A stretch of DNA of 64,000 nt from a phage. A model generated the notes under the pieces. The model made no database searches. It worked only from the letters and a program-made list of their open reading frames with translations, and was not told the origin of the DNA. This document shows positions 9,751 to 19,793 of the stretch, one piece after another. Within the stretch, counting starts at the first letter, position 1. Each line of letters begins with the position of its first letter. A program made the position numbers and the translations under genes. Location: the NCBI GenBank assembly GCA_020241125.1, contig GCA_020241125.1_4708.1. One strand, given 5' to 3'.

Positions 9751-12543
9751 TTATCTTACGTTAGTGTTATTCTGTTGTTCACTGAACCAACCATACACCT
9801 TGAGATCGGTACCGTATCTCAGTGCGATATACGCATTCAGCGCAGCACAGAACAAAGACGCGAATGCCCATATCAGCGAAGGATCAACATCTTCCGTTAC
9901 CACTGGGAGAGTATTATCCGGTTCCCATGATGGTGAACTGTCCATGAACGTTGCGTACCATCCCCGCCGTTGTTCTTCAGTGGTAAAGTCGCTATGAGGT
10001 TCCAACGCTTCTTTTGCCAGACGTCGATATTCGAACATATGCGTTGCTAAAGCCGATGAGTTACCAGATTCGCCTTCATAGTTCGGATCCACCGCATAAC
10101 AGAGTTCTGTTGAATCTAACAAAGCAACCGCCTGTGTGATGCTGTCGGCAGTACCTGCACCATAGAGCTCGATAGACCGCGAAAGCTTCTCACAGAACGC
10201 ATTTAACGCGGAAGGATTGGACACCTGAAGGTCAAGGCCTAATGTCCACGGATAGTTACTGAATACACCCGTAAACCGCGGCATAACACCCAACAGATGT
10301 TGTCCGATTACAGCACGGTTATAAACAGCCCTGTTATAGACTTGAAACGCAGCCTCCAGGGCTTGGTTATAATGACGACGAAGTTCGTCACGCGAGTTGC
10401 GGAATCTGTTTGCCGCAAGACTCGTGGCTGCGACGCTACAAACATCGTAATTGGTGGACGAGAGCACAACTTCGTTAAGATCGAACGCTTCCTGTTTCAA
10501 TGTTCCGCTAACAGCCGCTGCTTCGCTGTTCGCTTTATCGACAACTGTACTCAAAGCGTTAATATAACGTTTAGCTCGGACTTCCAACCATTGTGCGATA
10601 CCGAGAATATCCACCGCAGCTTTAGCAAGATCGCGTGCGTTCACGATTTCGTTCTTCAAAGCCCCTAAACCTTTATTTTCAGGCGATGAGGCTTGTTGAC
10701 GAATCATGCTGTTTAACATGGTAAGCAGATTATCCAGCTCATGTCCGCTGACCTTGTTGCGCGCATCGGTAATCGGCCCTTGCAGGAATTTACGGCAACC
10801 ATCGTTGTATCGAATCAGTTTATCCACATCGATAGATTCGTTCGTGGATTCCTTGAACTGATCCTTCAATTCTTCACGGTAGTCATGGATTTCACTTGCG
10901 AGATTATCGATAGTGATACCGTTATGTCCAAGAAGAACTTTATTGAAGTTACCTTTCTCGAATGCCAGAGCAAGACCTTCACGAATCTTAGCGAGTTTAT
11001 CCTGATCGAGTTCACGACCGTTCGATAGCTCTTTCACTTCCGAGCTGATTAATGCCGAAACGTTACCCAGATTGTCGGTAACCCCTTTGAACGCTCCCGA
11101 CCAGATCGTTCCTGCTTCAGCATATTTCGCAATGGTCTGAATACCGACGGTGTGCAGCGACGCTAAACGTTTCTTCGTGCCTTCGGTAAGCAGAGCGTCT
11201 TTAGCTCGCGTAAGCTGACTGTTATTAGCTTCCGCCTGCTGAATCGCTGCTTTCGCACTTCCATTACGCCAGCTCTTAACTAACCAATCAACCAAACGTT
11301 TTAGGATATTGACGGTGTATTCCATTGTCCGCCGTAACGTTTCCCACGCGCTTTCTGCGGTATAGATGCCGTACCCTTCCATCTTCGTTGGGTCAAAGAA
11401 ACCTTCCTGCACGAGATCGATACGTGTGTAGCCATCAGCAGCTTCTACTTCCGCCTGGGTTTTATCCCAGAAGTCGTCGCTCTTTGCAGCAATCGCTGTA
11501 TCTTTAACGTCCAGGATGATCTGACCAACCGTTTGTGCAAACAGCAAGGCCGCACGTACCGATTGTGCGAACATCCGCTGATATTTGATTCGAACGCATT
11601 GCATCTGGGTTAGCAGATTCAGTTGTGCGATCCCATCCAAGGTGCTATCCTGAGCAAGCCCTTCGGCTTTAGCGATAACCTGTTTTACACGTTCAGCGAC
11701 ATCACCGTACTGCTGGCAAACATCCCGCAGAATACGTGTTGCGAAGACCCCGGTACCGATATAGTTCAATAGGTCTTTTAACGACCATTCGGTCGGACAA
11801 TCGGTCGGCGCAATAGGGAGTAAGCAACCATCACCGTCCATGAATCTCTCTAATGCGCTAATATCCTGATTTTCTACGCTCATGGGGATATCGACATCAG
11901 CCGCTTGCAGATCCAGCATCTGTTGTAGGATGTTGGTATCGGCTTGTACAAGCGTCGCAAGCGCTTGGCTGTGTGCGATTATTGGTAACGCAGGCGACCA
12001 TACTGCAGCAAGCTTGTCGGCGTGACGTTGAATGGCATACCCCATATCCTCGATCACATCGGGATGCTCGATAACCCCCTGAAGCGTTTGATGTAGCTCA
12101 CCGAGTTGCTGAGACAGATCGACCATCATGGTGTTGAAGGTTTCGCCATCCTCTTTGTGGTTGTCCAGACGCTCGAGTTCATGTCGAAGCAATATGACGA
12201 GCTGTCCGTTGCCTTCTTGCTTCAGCTTGCTTTCCATTAACGTAATGGCTTTATCGACGATCTGGCACGCTTCACGAAAACCGGTTGTGGAAGGAAGCTC
12301 TGTCCATAACGCCAGCGGTTTACCGTCAAGGGCTTCCGGCATCGATAACGAAAGCATAGACAGTTGTTGACGTGATACTTGCTGTTCACAGTGTAATGTT
12401 TCTTTTAACGCCAGGAGATCGTCAAGAAACGCGCCGTTAAGGGTGGTCGTACGCGGTGTTGAATTAATACCGTCAGTTAACGATTCAAGCACCAGGAGAC
12501 CGTTATCAGCTGAAGAGAGTCCCGCGGCAAGATATTTGTTCAT
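9751..12543 (-). CDS. Hypothetical large helical protein; candidate internal/ejection protein (LVxEGF family)
   Basis: 930-aa ORF; contains LVQEGFFDP and a downstream LVDWLVKSW helix resembling motifs in the 70..1410 and 12603..15398 proteins; predicted highly alpha-helical. Confidence 0.55.
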   Translation of the reverse strand: MNKYLAAGLSSADNGLLVLESLTDGINSTPRTTTLNGAFLDDLLALKETLHCEQQVSRQQLSMLSLSMPEALDGKPLALWTELPSTTGFREACQIVDKAITLMESKLKQEGNGQLVILLRHELERLDNHKEDGETFNTMMVDLSQQLGELHQTLQGVIEHPDVIEDMGYAIQRHADKLAAVWSPALPIIAHSQALATLVQADTNILQQMLDLQAADVDIPMSVENQDISALERFMDGDGCLLPIAPTDCPTEWSLKDLLNYIGTGVFATRILRDVCQQYGDVAERVKQVIAKAEGLAQDSTLDGIAQLNLLTQMQCVRIKYQRMFAQSVRAALLFAQTVGQIILDVKDTAIAAKSDDFWDKTQAEVEAADGYTRIDLVQEGFFDPTKMEGYGIYTAESAWETLRRTMEYTVNILKRLVDWLVKSWRNGSAKAAIQQAEANNSQLTRAKDALLTEGTKKRLASLHTVGIQTIAKYAEAGTIWSGAFKGVTDNLGNVSALISSEVKELSNGRELDQDKLAKIREGLALAFEKGNFNKVLLGHNGITIDNLASEIHDYREELKDQFKESTNESIDVDKLIRYNDGCRKFLQGPITDARNKVSGHELDNLLTMLNSMIRQQASSPENKGLGALKNEIVNARDLAKAAVDILGIAQWLEVRAKRYINALSTVVDKANSEAAAVSGTLKQEAFDLNEVVLSSTNYDVCSVAATSLAANRFRNSRDELRRHYNQALEAAFQVYNRAVYNRAVIGQHLLGVMPRFTGVFSNYPWTLGLDLQVSNPSALNAFCEKLSRSIELYGAGTADSITQAVALLDSTELCYAVDPNYEGESGNSSALATHMFEYRRLAKEALEPHSDFTTEEQRRGWYATFMDSSPSWEPDNTLPVVTEDVDPSLIWAFASLFCAALNAYIALRYGTDLKVYGWFSEQQNNTNVR

Positions 12544-12557
12544 AAAACACTCCGTTG

Positions 12558-12590
12558 GCCTAGGGGAAGGTTTTCAGCCTTCCCCTAGGG
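12558..12590 (-). terminator. Palindromic hairpin (member 3)
   Basis: CCTAGGGGAAGG-ttttcag-CCTTCCCCTAGG perfect 12-bp stem with CATAAA flank. Confidence 0.55.
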
Positions 12591-12602
12591 TTATAAACAC
12601 AA

Positions 12603-15398
12603 TTAAGCTAATTTACCGAAACCGGCTTTCTGCAGTTTCTCGTTGATGATTTTCGCTTCAGCGAAGACGTAATCGCGGTAGGCGGTCACTAACGCATCCA
12701 CACGTGAACGCAAGGCTTCTTCGAAGCTATACCACGCTGCGATTTCACGAATCTGTGCGTTGATATAATCAACGGTTGAGCGAAGCTCGGTTGCGTTTTC
12801 TTGCGGAACGGCTTTCACCTGGCGAGCAACGTCATTTAAACGGCGGAACTGTGTTTCGATTTCTTTAAACTTACTGTCGGCAAGTTTGCTGAATTCGTCA
12901 CCAGAACGGGTAAATAACAGATAGCTGTTGCCGTCAAGTGCGGTCGCTAACTGCTGAAGTACGTTGGTGTCCGGATACACAGGAGTACCGCTTTGCAGTA
13001 CTTTCTCACCGAATTCCGCGAAGTCCTTCGGTGGTAAGTGTGCAGACGTTGTCAATTCGTTGAAACGGAAAGTCAGCGAATTATCATACAGCATCCGGTA
13101 CGCTTCCATACCCTGTTTCATGGTACCGGCCAGGTTAGCCAGACGCGGAGCAATCTCGCCTTCTTTAGCGCGTTTCTGGTCTTCTAACGCCCCTTCGAGT
13201 TCTTTACACTGGTCGTTCAGATACACGATACGATCAGGACGTAGACGACGCATCTCACGAAGAATAGTATCCAGCTTACCTTCCTGGAAATAACCCAACG
13301 TTAAAGACGTACACGCTTGCTGAAGACGATCGAACACCGGTAAGGTTACCATCTCCTTACGGATACCATCAACAATCGCAGAAACAGCCGAAAGTTTCTG
13401 TTCTGTAGTCAATGGAACATCAGAGGCCGACTTGCTGGGTGCACCAACAACGTTACGCATTGCGTCGGTATCCTCGGTTTTATCAACCTCTTTACGAACA
13501 TGCTCATCAGGAACATAAACGTTCGCGTTACGTTTCGCCTGCTTGATGGCGTCGTTGGCCGCTTTTTCGGTGGCCGCTACGCTATCGGCACGTTTCTTCA
13601 AGAGTTCAATAATCCAGAGCAACAGACGACGAATCGCAGTGTAGGCTGTCGTGATGATGACACCGATAACAGCCATCTTCATGATACCGAACGATTCCAT
13701 GGTCGGCTCTAACGCTTGGTCTGGCATATACCGTTCACGCAGCTCCAGATAGATCTGCTCATCTGGTTTGCTGACCTCACCACGATGCGAAGTCCGATAA
13801 ATGGCTTCGTCAATCTCAACAAGATCTTTGCGTGCCTGACGGTCAGATTCTGTTAGGTAAGCACAACCGGATACGTCGTCTTCGAAGCTTAAGAATTTGA
13901 AAAAGTCACTGACGTCGATCTTGATCTTCTTCGCTTCATTATCGACATCGATAACATCTTTTTTCTGTGCCTGATATTCCGCTTTGATGTCGTTCACCGG
14001 CTTCAACGCACGTTCTTTTAATACCTGCACGATCTGTTTCCAGTCGGCGTCACGCTCAAGAACAAGGAAGTAATTCTTGAGTTCAAAAGCACGGTAACGC
14101 GCAACGAGTTGTTCTACCTGAATATGAGCGAGTTGCACATCCATCAGCCAACGCGACATTGCTGAGATCAAACGGCTATAAGCAAGCAATGTCTGATATG
14201 TTAGCTTCATGTGCTTTTCGTACAGCTCAATATCGCCGTCTTGAATATCAGCCGTTGGGTTCATTTCCTTCGTTGCTTTGAAGATCTGTTCGGCCTCATT
14301 TAACGTTTGTTCGAATTTGACTTCATTAAACGTGTCAAACGGTTCAGCCAACTCCATCATTCGATCGTGAAGCTCACGAACCCAGGCTTCCTTATTGTTG
14401 CGAATAGCTGCGTCATCGTGAAGTTCAGTTTGATGTTTCTGTACCCATTCTTCGACGATATCAGCGGCGGCAACAATTCCTGTACCATCGGAAACTAACG
14501 GAACAACTCCAGCAAGTACGCCTACACACGCCGGGGTTTTCCAATAATCGTTCAAAGCGTTTCTGAATTCAACGATGGATTGTACGTTTGGTACCGTATC
14601 CAAAAACGTACTGCCGTTACGGCTCATTGTCGTTACGATATCAGCGAATTCCTTCTGCTTAGCGGTAACAAAAGGAACCAGGACCATAAGCCATTCAGCA
14701 ACCGACTTCGCTTTCTCTTTCAGATTTTTGTCAGCGATTTCCTTAAGGTTTATCGCACCACCGTAACCTGCAAGCTCTTTATATACGTCGCTAAGGGTCA
14801 TCTGTTTATCCAACATTTCTTTGAAACGTGGGTAATCAGCACCTAACGCATCGACAATATCGTTGATTACGTCATCAGTTGTTGCGATAAACTTCTTCGT
14901 ATCAACGTTTGAATATTTCCAGACGTATCGTACTGCTTTCTTGATTCCTGCAAAGATAAACGCCCAGATACGCTTGATGAGTTCCCAGACTTTCTTCGCG
15001 CCATCGACAAACAGTTTAGAGACCTTGGCAACGAATCCTTCCTGCACCAATTCAACGCCGTTACGTGATGGGATTTCCGTGAAGAAAGCATCCGGCAGTT
15101 GTTTCGGGAATGCGTCACCAAGACGCATACGCAGTTCCGGTACATCAGCACGAGAAATACCGCGTGTTACTAATTGTTCGTGAAGACGAACGTTTTCTTC
15201 ACCAGAGGTCACGAATTCGTCAACATCGAAGGAGACCATTGTTTCCTGATCTTCGGTGGTAACGACGCTTGAACCATCACTGGTTTGGATGTCTTCGTCA
15301 GGGAATGCCATGAGCATACCGTGACGCATTTCAACCACCCCGTAATCGGTTGCTAAACCGAATTCGTTGTGGTCTGGGGTAATAACTGGGATACTCAT
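12603..15398 (-). CDS. Hypothetical large helical protein with a hydrophobic segment; candidate internal/ejection protein (LVxEGF family)
   Basis: 931-aa ORF; acidic N-terminal ~110 aa then LVQEGF and KKVWELIKRIW helix; hydrophobic stretch IMKMAVIGVIITTAYTAIRRLLLWII. Confidence 0.55.
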   Translation of the reverse strand: MSIPVITPDHNEFGLATDYGVVEMRHGMLMAFPDEDIQTSDGSSVVTTEDQETMVSFDVDEFVTSGEENVRLHEQLVTRGISRADVPELRMRLGDAFPKQLPDAFFTEIPSRNGVELVQEGFVAKVSKLFVDGAKKVWELIKRIWAFIFAGIKKAVRYVWKYSNVDTKKFIATTDDVINDIVDALGADYPRFKEMLDKQMTLSDVYKELAGYGGAINLKEIADKNLKEKAKSVAEWLMVLVPFVTAKQKEFADIVTTMSRNGSTFLDTVPNVQSIVEFRNALNDYWKTPACVGVLAGVVPLVSDGTGIVAAADIVEEWVQKHQTELHDDAAIRNNKEAWVRELHDRMMELAEPFDTFNEVKFEQTLNEAEQIFKATKEMNPTADIQDGDIELYEKHMKLTYQTLLAYSRLISAMSRWLMDVQLAHIQVEQLVARYRAFELKNYFLVLERDADWKQIVQVLKERALKPVNDIKAEYQAQKKDVIDVDNEAKKIKIDVSDFFKFLSFEDDVSGCAYLTESDRQARKDLVEIDEAIYRTSHRGEVSKPDEQIYLELRERYMPDQALEPTMESFGIMKMAVIGVIITTAYTAIRRLLLWIIELLKKRADSVAATEKAANDAIKQAKRNANVYVPDEHVRKEVDKTEDTDAMRNVVGAPSKSASDVPLTTEQKLSAVSAIVDGIRKEMVTLPVFDRLQQACTSLTLGYFQEGKLDTILREMRRLRPDRIVYLNDQCKELEGALEDQKRAKEGEIAPRLANLAGTMKQGMEAYRMLYDNSLTFRFNELTTSAHLPPKDFAEFGEKVLQSGTPVYPDTNVLQQLATALDGNSYLLFTRSGDEFSKLADSKFKEIETQFRRLNDVARQVKAVPQENATELRSTVDYINAQIREIAAWYSFEEALRSRVDALVTAYRDYVFAEAKIINEKLQKAGFGKLA

Positions 15399-15835
15399 GC
15401 ATTCTCTCCTTGCAGTGCGTTAGCGAAAGCCGTTGCGAGTTGCGCAACCAGCTTAGGATCAACACCTTCGATAACGTCGGGCAGCCCTGCGGTTTCTTGG
15501 TCACGAACGGCGGAGGCTAATAACAGCATGGTTTCAGGTGCGGTCGGCTCATGCACCATGCGGTAACGCAGGCACCAGAAGTAGCGGGCAACGTCTAACG
15601 CATCGGCCAGCCCAATAACCAGTACCTTGTTCAGCTTATCCAGCCCTTCACGGATTTTAGGGAGATGTTCGCGAACGAAAATGCTATCTGCGGTCAGATC
15701 TTCTTTTTCAGCGAATACGGGCATGCTGTAACCAGCGATATAACCTGCGGCAATACTTAGCGCACGGGTCTGTTGTTCGGCTGGGAAATCACGTACCAGG
15801 TCTTTCAGCTGAACGGCGAAATCAGAAATATTCAT
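15395..15835 (-). CDS. Hypothetical protein
   Basis: 146-aa ORF; 4-nt overlap with downstream gene. Confidence 0.5.
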   Translation of the reverse strand: MNISDFAVQLKDLVRDFPAEQQTRALSIAAGYIAGYSMPVFAEKEDLTADSIFVREHLPKIREGLDKLNKVLVIGLADALDVARYFWCLRYRMVHEPTAPETMLLLASAVRDQETAGLPDVIEGVDPKLVAQLATAFANALQGENA

Positions 15836-15867
15836 GTTAAATTCCTTTATAGTAAAAATAGAAGAGA

Positions 15868-17178
15868 TTAGGCGATAATGGAGTCAAGAGTCGCTGCGGT
15901 TTTGAACAGATCGCTGTTCATTGTAGAAGAAAGGACTTGCTGAATTTCTTCCTGTTTAACCGCTTTACGAACCCCAGGACGAAGGATAAGCGTAACCATC
16001 TGTGAAAAGGTACGATTATTGTTCATCGCACTCAGCGTTTCATCGATTGTTTTGATGGCATCCAGCGTCATGGAACGAACATCGCTTGGGATATCACGAT
16101 CTTTCAAGCGTATAATTAAATCTTGTTTGATTTTACGGAATCGTTCCATGTCGTTATCGTAAATGCTGTATGTCGGATCTAACCAAACAGAAAGCGCGGT
16201 TACAGCGACAACAACCAACACGCCGATAGCACCAACAGAAGCTAAACCTATCGCCATCATAGAAGCTATAGTAGCATCCATGATGAAGGAGAGCCAGAAC
16301 ATCGTTTTGGACTTCACGGAGTCTTTGCTATAAAGCCGATACATTTTAGCAAGCCCGCTAACGAGATACTCCCCACCGCCATGACGCGTAGCGAACTGAT
16401 CAGCCATGAATTCGGAAGCAACGTCGGTATATCGTCCAGCGTTGTTTACGTTTCTTAACTGCATCGCTCTGTTAGACACGTAAACCGTGTACCAGACACT
16501 ACCGTCGTCTGAATCACTGATTTTGTCTACGTCGACGTTGGTATCCAACGTTTTGTTTAACGCTTTCGCCAGTTCGATACGTTTTACCTTATCGGTTGTC
16601 CCCAACAGTTCACGCTGTACGGTCATGATTGAGGCTTCGACACGAACCGTTTCCGACAATGTTTCAAGGAAGGTAAATGCGTGCCCGATTTCATGCAGCA
16701 TTATGGCTGCTTTTTCTTCCGGAAGAAAGGGTTCTGTCGCCGTTAGCAGTTCATACGTGATGGCAGAACGAATCTTCAATTCTTCAAAAATACCGTAAAC
16801 ACGACCTTTTTCTAAATCGACGTAACCGACAGGTGTATCTTTAATCTTCTTAAGGAGCGTAACACCATCAGCACCGCGCATCCATAACCGATGATAGTCT
16901 GCCAGGATTGTGTTGTTTGTCGAAATATCCGGCGGGTACACGTAGGCATTCATCCGGCCCATTTTCACGTCGACCGAGAATTCGATGTTCAACCCCGTAT
17001 AGCGTTTAACCATCTCGGTTAAACGACCGTCCTTGAAAACGTTTAAAACCTCTTTTTTATCCAGTCCCTGTTTGCTTCTGAAGAACTCGGTCATTTCCTT
17101 GAACAAGGAACCATCTTGAAACTTGATGGCCTCCATCGTTAATTCGTCATGACCATACACGCGTTGTAGTAATGACAT
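15868..17178 (-). CDS. M48-like zinc metallopeptidase with C-terminal hydrophobic segment
   Basis: HEIGH zincin motif (MLHEIGHAF) followed by EFMADQFA, matching the HExxH...ExxAD zinc-ligand arrangement of M48 (HtpX/Ste24-type) peptidases; long hydrophobic segment MFWLSFIMDATIASMMAIGLASVGAIGVLVVVAVTALSVWL. Confidence 0.6.
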   Translation of the reverse strand: MSLLQRVYGHDELTMEAIKFQDGSLFKEMTEFFRSKQGLDKKEVLNVFKDGRLTEMVKRYTGLNIEFSVDVKMGRMNAYVYPPDISTNNTILADYHRLWMRGADGVTLLKKIKDTPVGYVDLEKGRVYGIFEELKIRSAITYELLTATEPFLPEEKAAIMLHEIGHAFTFLETLSETVRVEASIMTVQRELLGTTDKVKRIELAKALNKTLDTNVDVDKISDSDDGSVWYTVYVSNRAMQLRNVNNAGRYTDVASEFMADQFATRHGGGEYLVSGLAKMYRLYSKDSVKSKTMFWLSFIMDATIASMMAIGLASVGAIGVLVVVAVTALSVWLDPTYSIYDNDMERFRKIKQDLIIRLKDRDIPSDVRSMTLDAIKTIDETLSAMNNNRTFSQMVTLILRPGVRKAVKQEEIQQVLSSTMNSDLFKTAATLDSIIA

Positions 17179-17190
17179 TGTACACTCTCT

Positions 17191-17206
17191 AAATTTACGT
17201 AAATTT
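17191..17206. promoter_or_regulatory. Perfect 16-bp palindrome AAATTTACGTAAATTT (candidate operator)
   Basis: Exact self-complementary 16-mer 12 nt upstream of the M48 peptidase start codon, in the divergent region shared with the PolB gene. Confidence 0.4.
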
Positions 17207-17399
17207 AAGGGTTCATGGATCGGCTGGCCGCACCAATCACAATGTGTCCGCTGCTATGCAACGGCATTCATAGAAATACCTTTTGACGGTAACATCACCG
17301 TTCATACCCCAAGCAATAAGAGTGGTCGGTTAAAAACAACAGAACGTGAGGATGATATAGAAAATCACCTTTTAACACTTATTACGAGTTTATCAAGCC

Positions 17400-19151
17400 A
17401 TGAGCGAACAAGAACGAAAACCTAAGAAGAAACTGCTCGGTATTCAATGTCGACACATCAGCTATAACGAAGCGAACGATGGCAGCAAGAACGACCTCAT
17501 GATCGCAAAAGAGATCATGTTCTTCGATGATAATACGCAAGCGACGAACCTTCGCTTCTTCGAGAATTACAAACGTCCGTTTTGGGTGACGGTAGAGAGT
17601 AAACGTAAGAACAAATATAAAAAGGAAAGCGAGAAGCTCTCGCATGTGCGTCGCTACGATGTCCGCCAAAGCGAACTGGTTGAAAAGATCAGCTCGGTAC
17701 TTTATAAAAGACGTGCTGACGATAACACCCGTTTACAGCAGCTTGCACGGAGTCCATACCTCTATGGAACGGACGTTAGCGCCAGCTGTTATTTAAAAAC
17801 CCAGTACAACACAAAATGGCCGGAATACGTCGATAAATTACCCGCTTCCATTGCCTGTTTCGATATCGAAACCGACGTTGTCCACGGACACGGTAAGATC
17901 GTTTGTATGTCTATTACAATGGGATACAATGCGATACTTTGCTATACCAAGGACTTCGTTGGTCATATTCCGAATGCCATTGAGAAAACCCATGAGAAGA
18001 TTCGATATTACCTGGCCGAACGTCTGAATACCAAAGAAGATCCCCACGCATTCGAAAAATATCAGTACGATGTTCGAATCGTAGAAAGCCCGGCACAAGC
18101 GGTCATCCAATGCATGCAGAAGGTTCACGAATGGCAGCCGGATTATCTCCTTGGCTGGAATATCGCGTTCGATATTCCGCGCATGCTCCAGGCACTGAAC
18201 GAGGAAGGGTATCGTCCCGAGGATGTTTTCTCCGATCCCCGTATACCACCTAAATATCGTATTGCTCGCTGGGTACCACCGAAGACCGACAAGGTATCTG
18301 CTTCAGGTCGTAAAACCAACCTTACCCTTGAGCAAACCTGGCCGATGTTTTATACGATGGCTACGTATCAGGTTATGGATGCGATGTGTGGCTATAAGTT
18401 CGTTCGTTTAGGAAGACCGGATGAAGGACGCTATTCACTCGATGCGGTGTTAGAGCGAAATAAATGCCATACGAAATTAAAAGCTATTCCTGGTACAGAG
18501 GGGTTCACGGAGCTTGCCTGGCACGAAGAGATGCAAACGAACCATCAAATCGACTACGGCGTATATAACCTTTGGGATAACCAGGGTATTGAGGCGTTGG
18601 ACCAGAAAACAAAAGACTATTCGATGACCATCCCTATCCGTTTAGCGGCGTCGGATTTGAAAGATTTCAGTTCTAACCCTAAACGTATCTGCGATAAACT
18701 TTTCTTCGTTTATCTTAACCGTGGGGAAGTCATGGGATGTACCGCTGACGACATGACCCAGGAAGAAGATAAGTGGGTTATCTCACGAGCTGGACATATC
18801 GTCACATTACCATGCGATCTCATGGCTGACAACGGCATTCATCTCTTCTGGGATATGCCGAACCTGAGAAGTTATATCCGTCTATTCGTTGCAGACCTTG
18901 ACATTAGCAGTTCATACCCGAATGGGCAGATCCTGTTGAATCTATCCAGAGCGTGTGTTTTTCGCGAGCTCTCACGCATTGAGGGCGTCTCTGACTATCA
19001 ATTCAGGAAGTTAGGTATCAACTTTATTACCGGAGGTAAAACGAACGCTGTAGACTTCTGTAGAATCGTTTATAAAGCACCATCGATGTTTGAACTTTTA
19101 GAACATTTCGATGCAACGCGTCCAAAAGAGGAAGCGCGGACCATCGAATGA
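17400..19151 (+). CDS. Family-B DNA polymerase, N-terminal part (3'-5' exonuclease domain plus motif A); appears split or truncated
   Basis: Exo I-like FDIETD, Exo II-like GWNIAFDIP, possible Exo III YSLDAV, and pol motif A DLDISSSYPNG (DxxSLYPS-like); no motif B (KxxxNSxYG) or motif C (DTDS) before the stop; flanked by opposite-strand genes. Confidence 0.55.
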   Translation: MSEQERKPKKKLLGIQCRHISYNEANDGSKNDLMIAKEIMFFDDNTQATNLRFFENYKRPFWVTVESKRKNKYKKESEKLSHVRRYDVRQSELVEKISSVLYKRRADDNTRLQQLARSPYLYGTDVSASCYLKTQYNTKWPEYVDKLPASIACFDIETDVVHGHGKIVCMSITMGYNAILCYTKDFVGHIPNAIEKTHEKIRYYLAERLNTKEDPHAFEKYQYDVRIVESPAQAVIQCMQKVHEWQPDYLLGWNIAFDIPRMLQALNEEGYRPEDVFSDPRIPPKYRIARWVPPKTDKVSASGRKTNLTLEQTWPMFYTMATYQVMDAMCGYKFVRLGRPDEGRYSLDAVLERNKCHTKLKAIPGTEGFTELAWHEEMQTNHQIDYGVYNLWDNQGIEALDQKTKDYSMTIPIRLAASDLKDFSSNPKRICDKLFFVYLNRGEVMGCTADDMTQEEDKWVISRAGHIVTLPCDLMADNGIHLFWDMPNLRSYIRLFVADLDISSSYPNGQILLNLSRACVFRELSRIEGVSDYQFRKLGINFITGGKTNAVDFCRIVYKAPSMFELLEHFDATRPKEEARTIE

Positions 19152-19199
19152 TTCAAGTAGGTTGATCCTCGCTTAACAAAAAAGAAAACACATGCGAAG

Positions 19200-19231
19200 C
19201 CCCTCCCCCTGGCGGAAGCCGGAGGGAGGGG
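19200..19231. terminator. Palindromic hairpin (member 4) at convergent junction after the PolB fragment
   Basis: CCCCTCCCCCTGGC...GCCGGAGGGAGGGG imperfect inverted repeat. Confidence 0.5.
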
Positions 19232-19237
19232 TGAGGT

Positions 19238-19723
19238 TTATGCGCGTTCGTTACCAACCGTTACTTTGTAGTCAGCGTCGGTTAAGAAAATAGACAGGAA
19301 TCCATGTTCTTTGCAAATCTTACTAAGGATGTCAGCAATGATTTCGTTGATCATCGGCTTGTTTGCAAGGGCATAGATGTACCCGGGTGTAAAAGAAAGT
19401 GCGTGATTGATCATAGGCTCATGAGAAGCCAAGATAAGGATCACATGATGCTTCCCATCGTCGGTAACGACCGCTTGCGTAGACACGAAGAAATCAGTGA
19501 AGCAGCAGCGATCACAGGCTTTAGGTATATACAAGTCACCCAGAGCTTCGTCACGTGCTTTTACGTGTGTTTCAGGGGTGATGCTGCTAAGTTGATCTTC
19601 AGCGAGATCCAAGACATCCTCAATCGTTTTAAGAATAGCGTTGCGGAAATCCTCACGGTAGAATGGGATGATATCACGATCGTTCATGTAATCGCCGGAT
19701 TCGATAGTAAAGTTGATGTTCAT
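19238..19723 (-). CDS. Hypothetical small protein
   Basis: 161-aa ORF, first gene of a long same-strand array of small genes; AGGAG upstream of start. Confidence 0.5.
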   Translation of the reverse strand: MNINFTIESGDYMNDRDIIPFYREDFRNAILKTIEDVLDLAEDQLSSITPETHVKARDEALGDLYIPKACDRCCFTDFFVSTQAVVTDDGKHHVILILASHEPMINHALSFTPGYIYALANKPMINEIIADILSKICKEHGFLSIFLTDADYKVTVGNERA

Positions 19724-19793
19724 TGAATGCTCCTAGTGGTTATGTCGATTGATCGATGTATTGATTTATGTTTGAAGGTGTTGTTCACCTTCG

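Noticed and set aside
9700-9930. 76-aa plus-strand ORF with an apparent GGAGGAGGG Shine-Dalgarno
   Set aside because: The apparent RBS is the right arm of the conserved palindromic hairpin and the ORF is antisense to the 930-aa gene
17382-17669. 95-aa minus-strand ORF across the PolB start
   Set aside because: Overlaps the 5' end of the motif-supported PolB gene on the opposite strand and has no motif support
17400-19151. Calling the polymerase ORF a complete DNA polymerase
   Set aside because: No motif B or C before the stop codon; annotated instead as an N-terminal fragment of a split or truncated PolB
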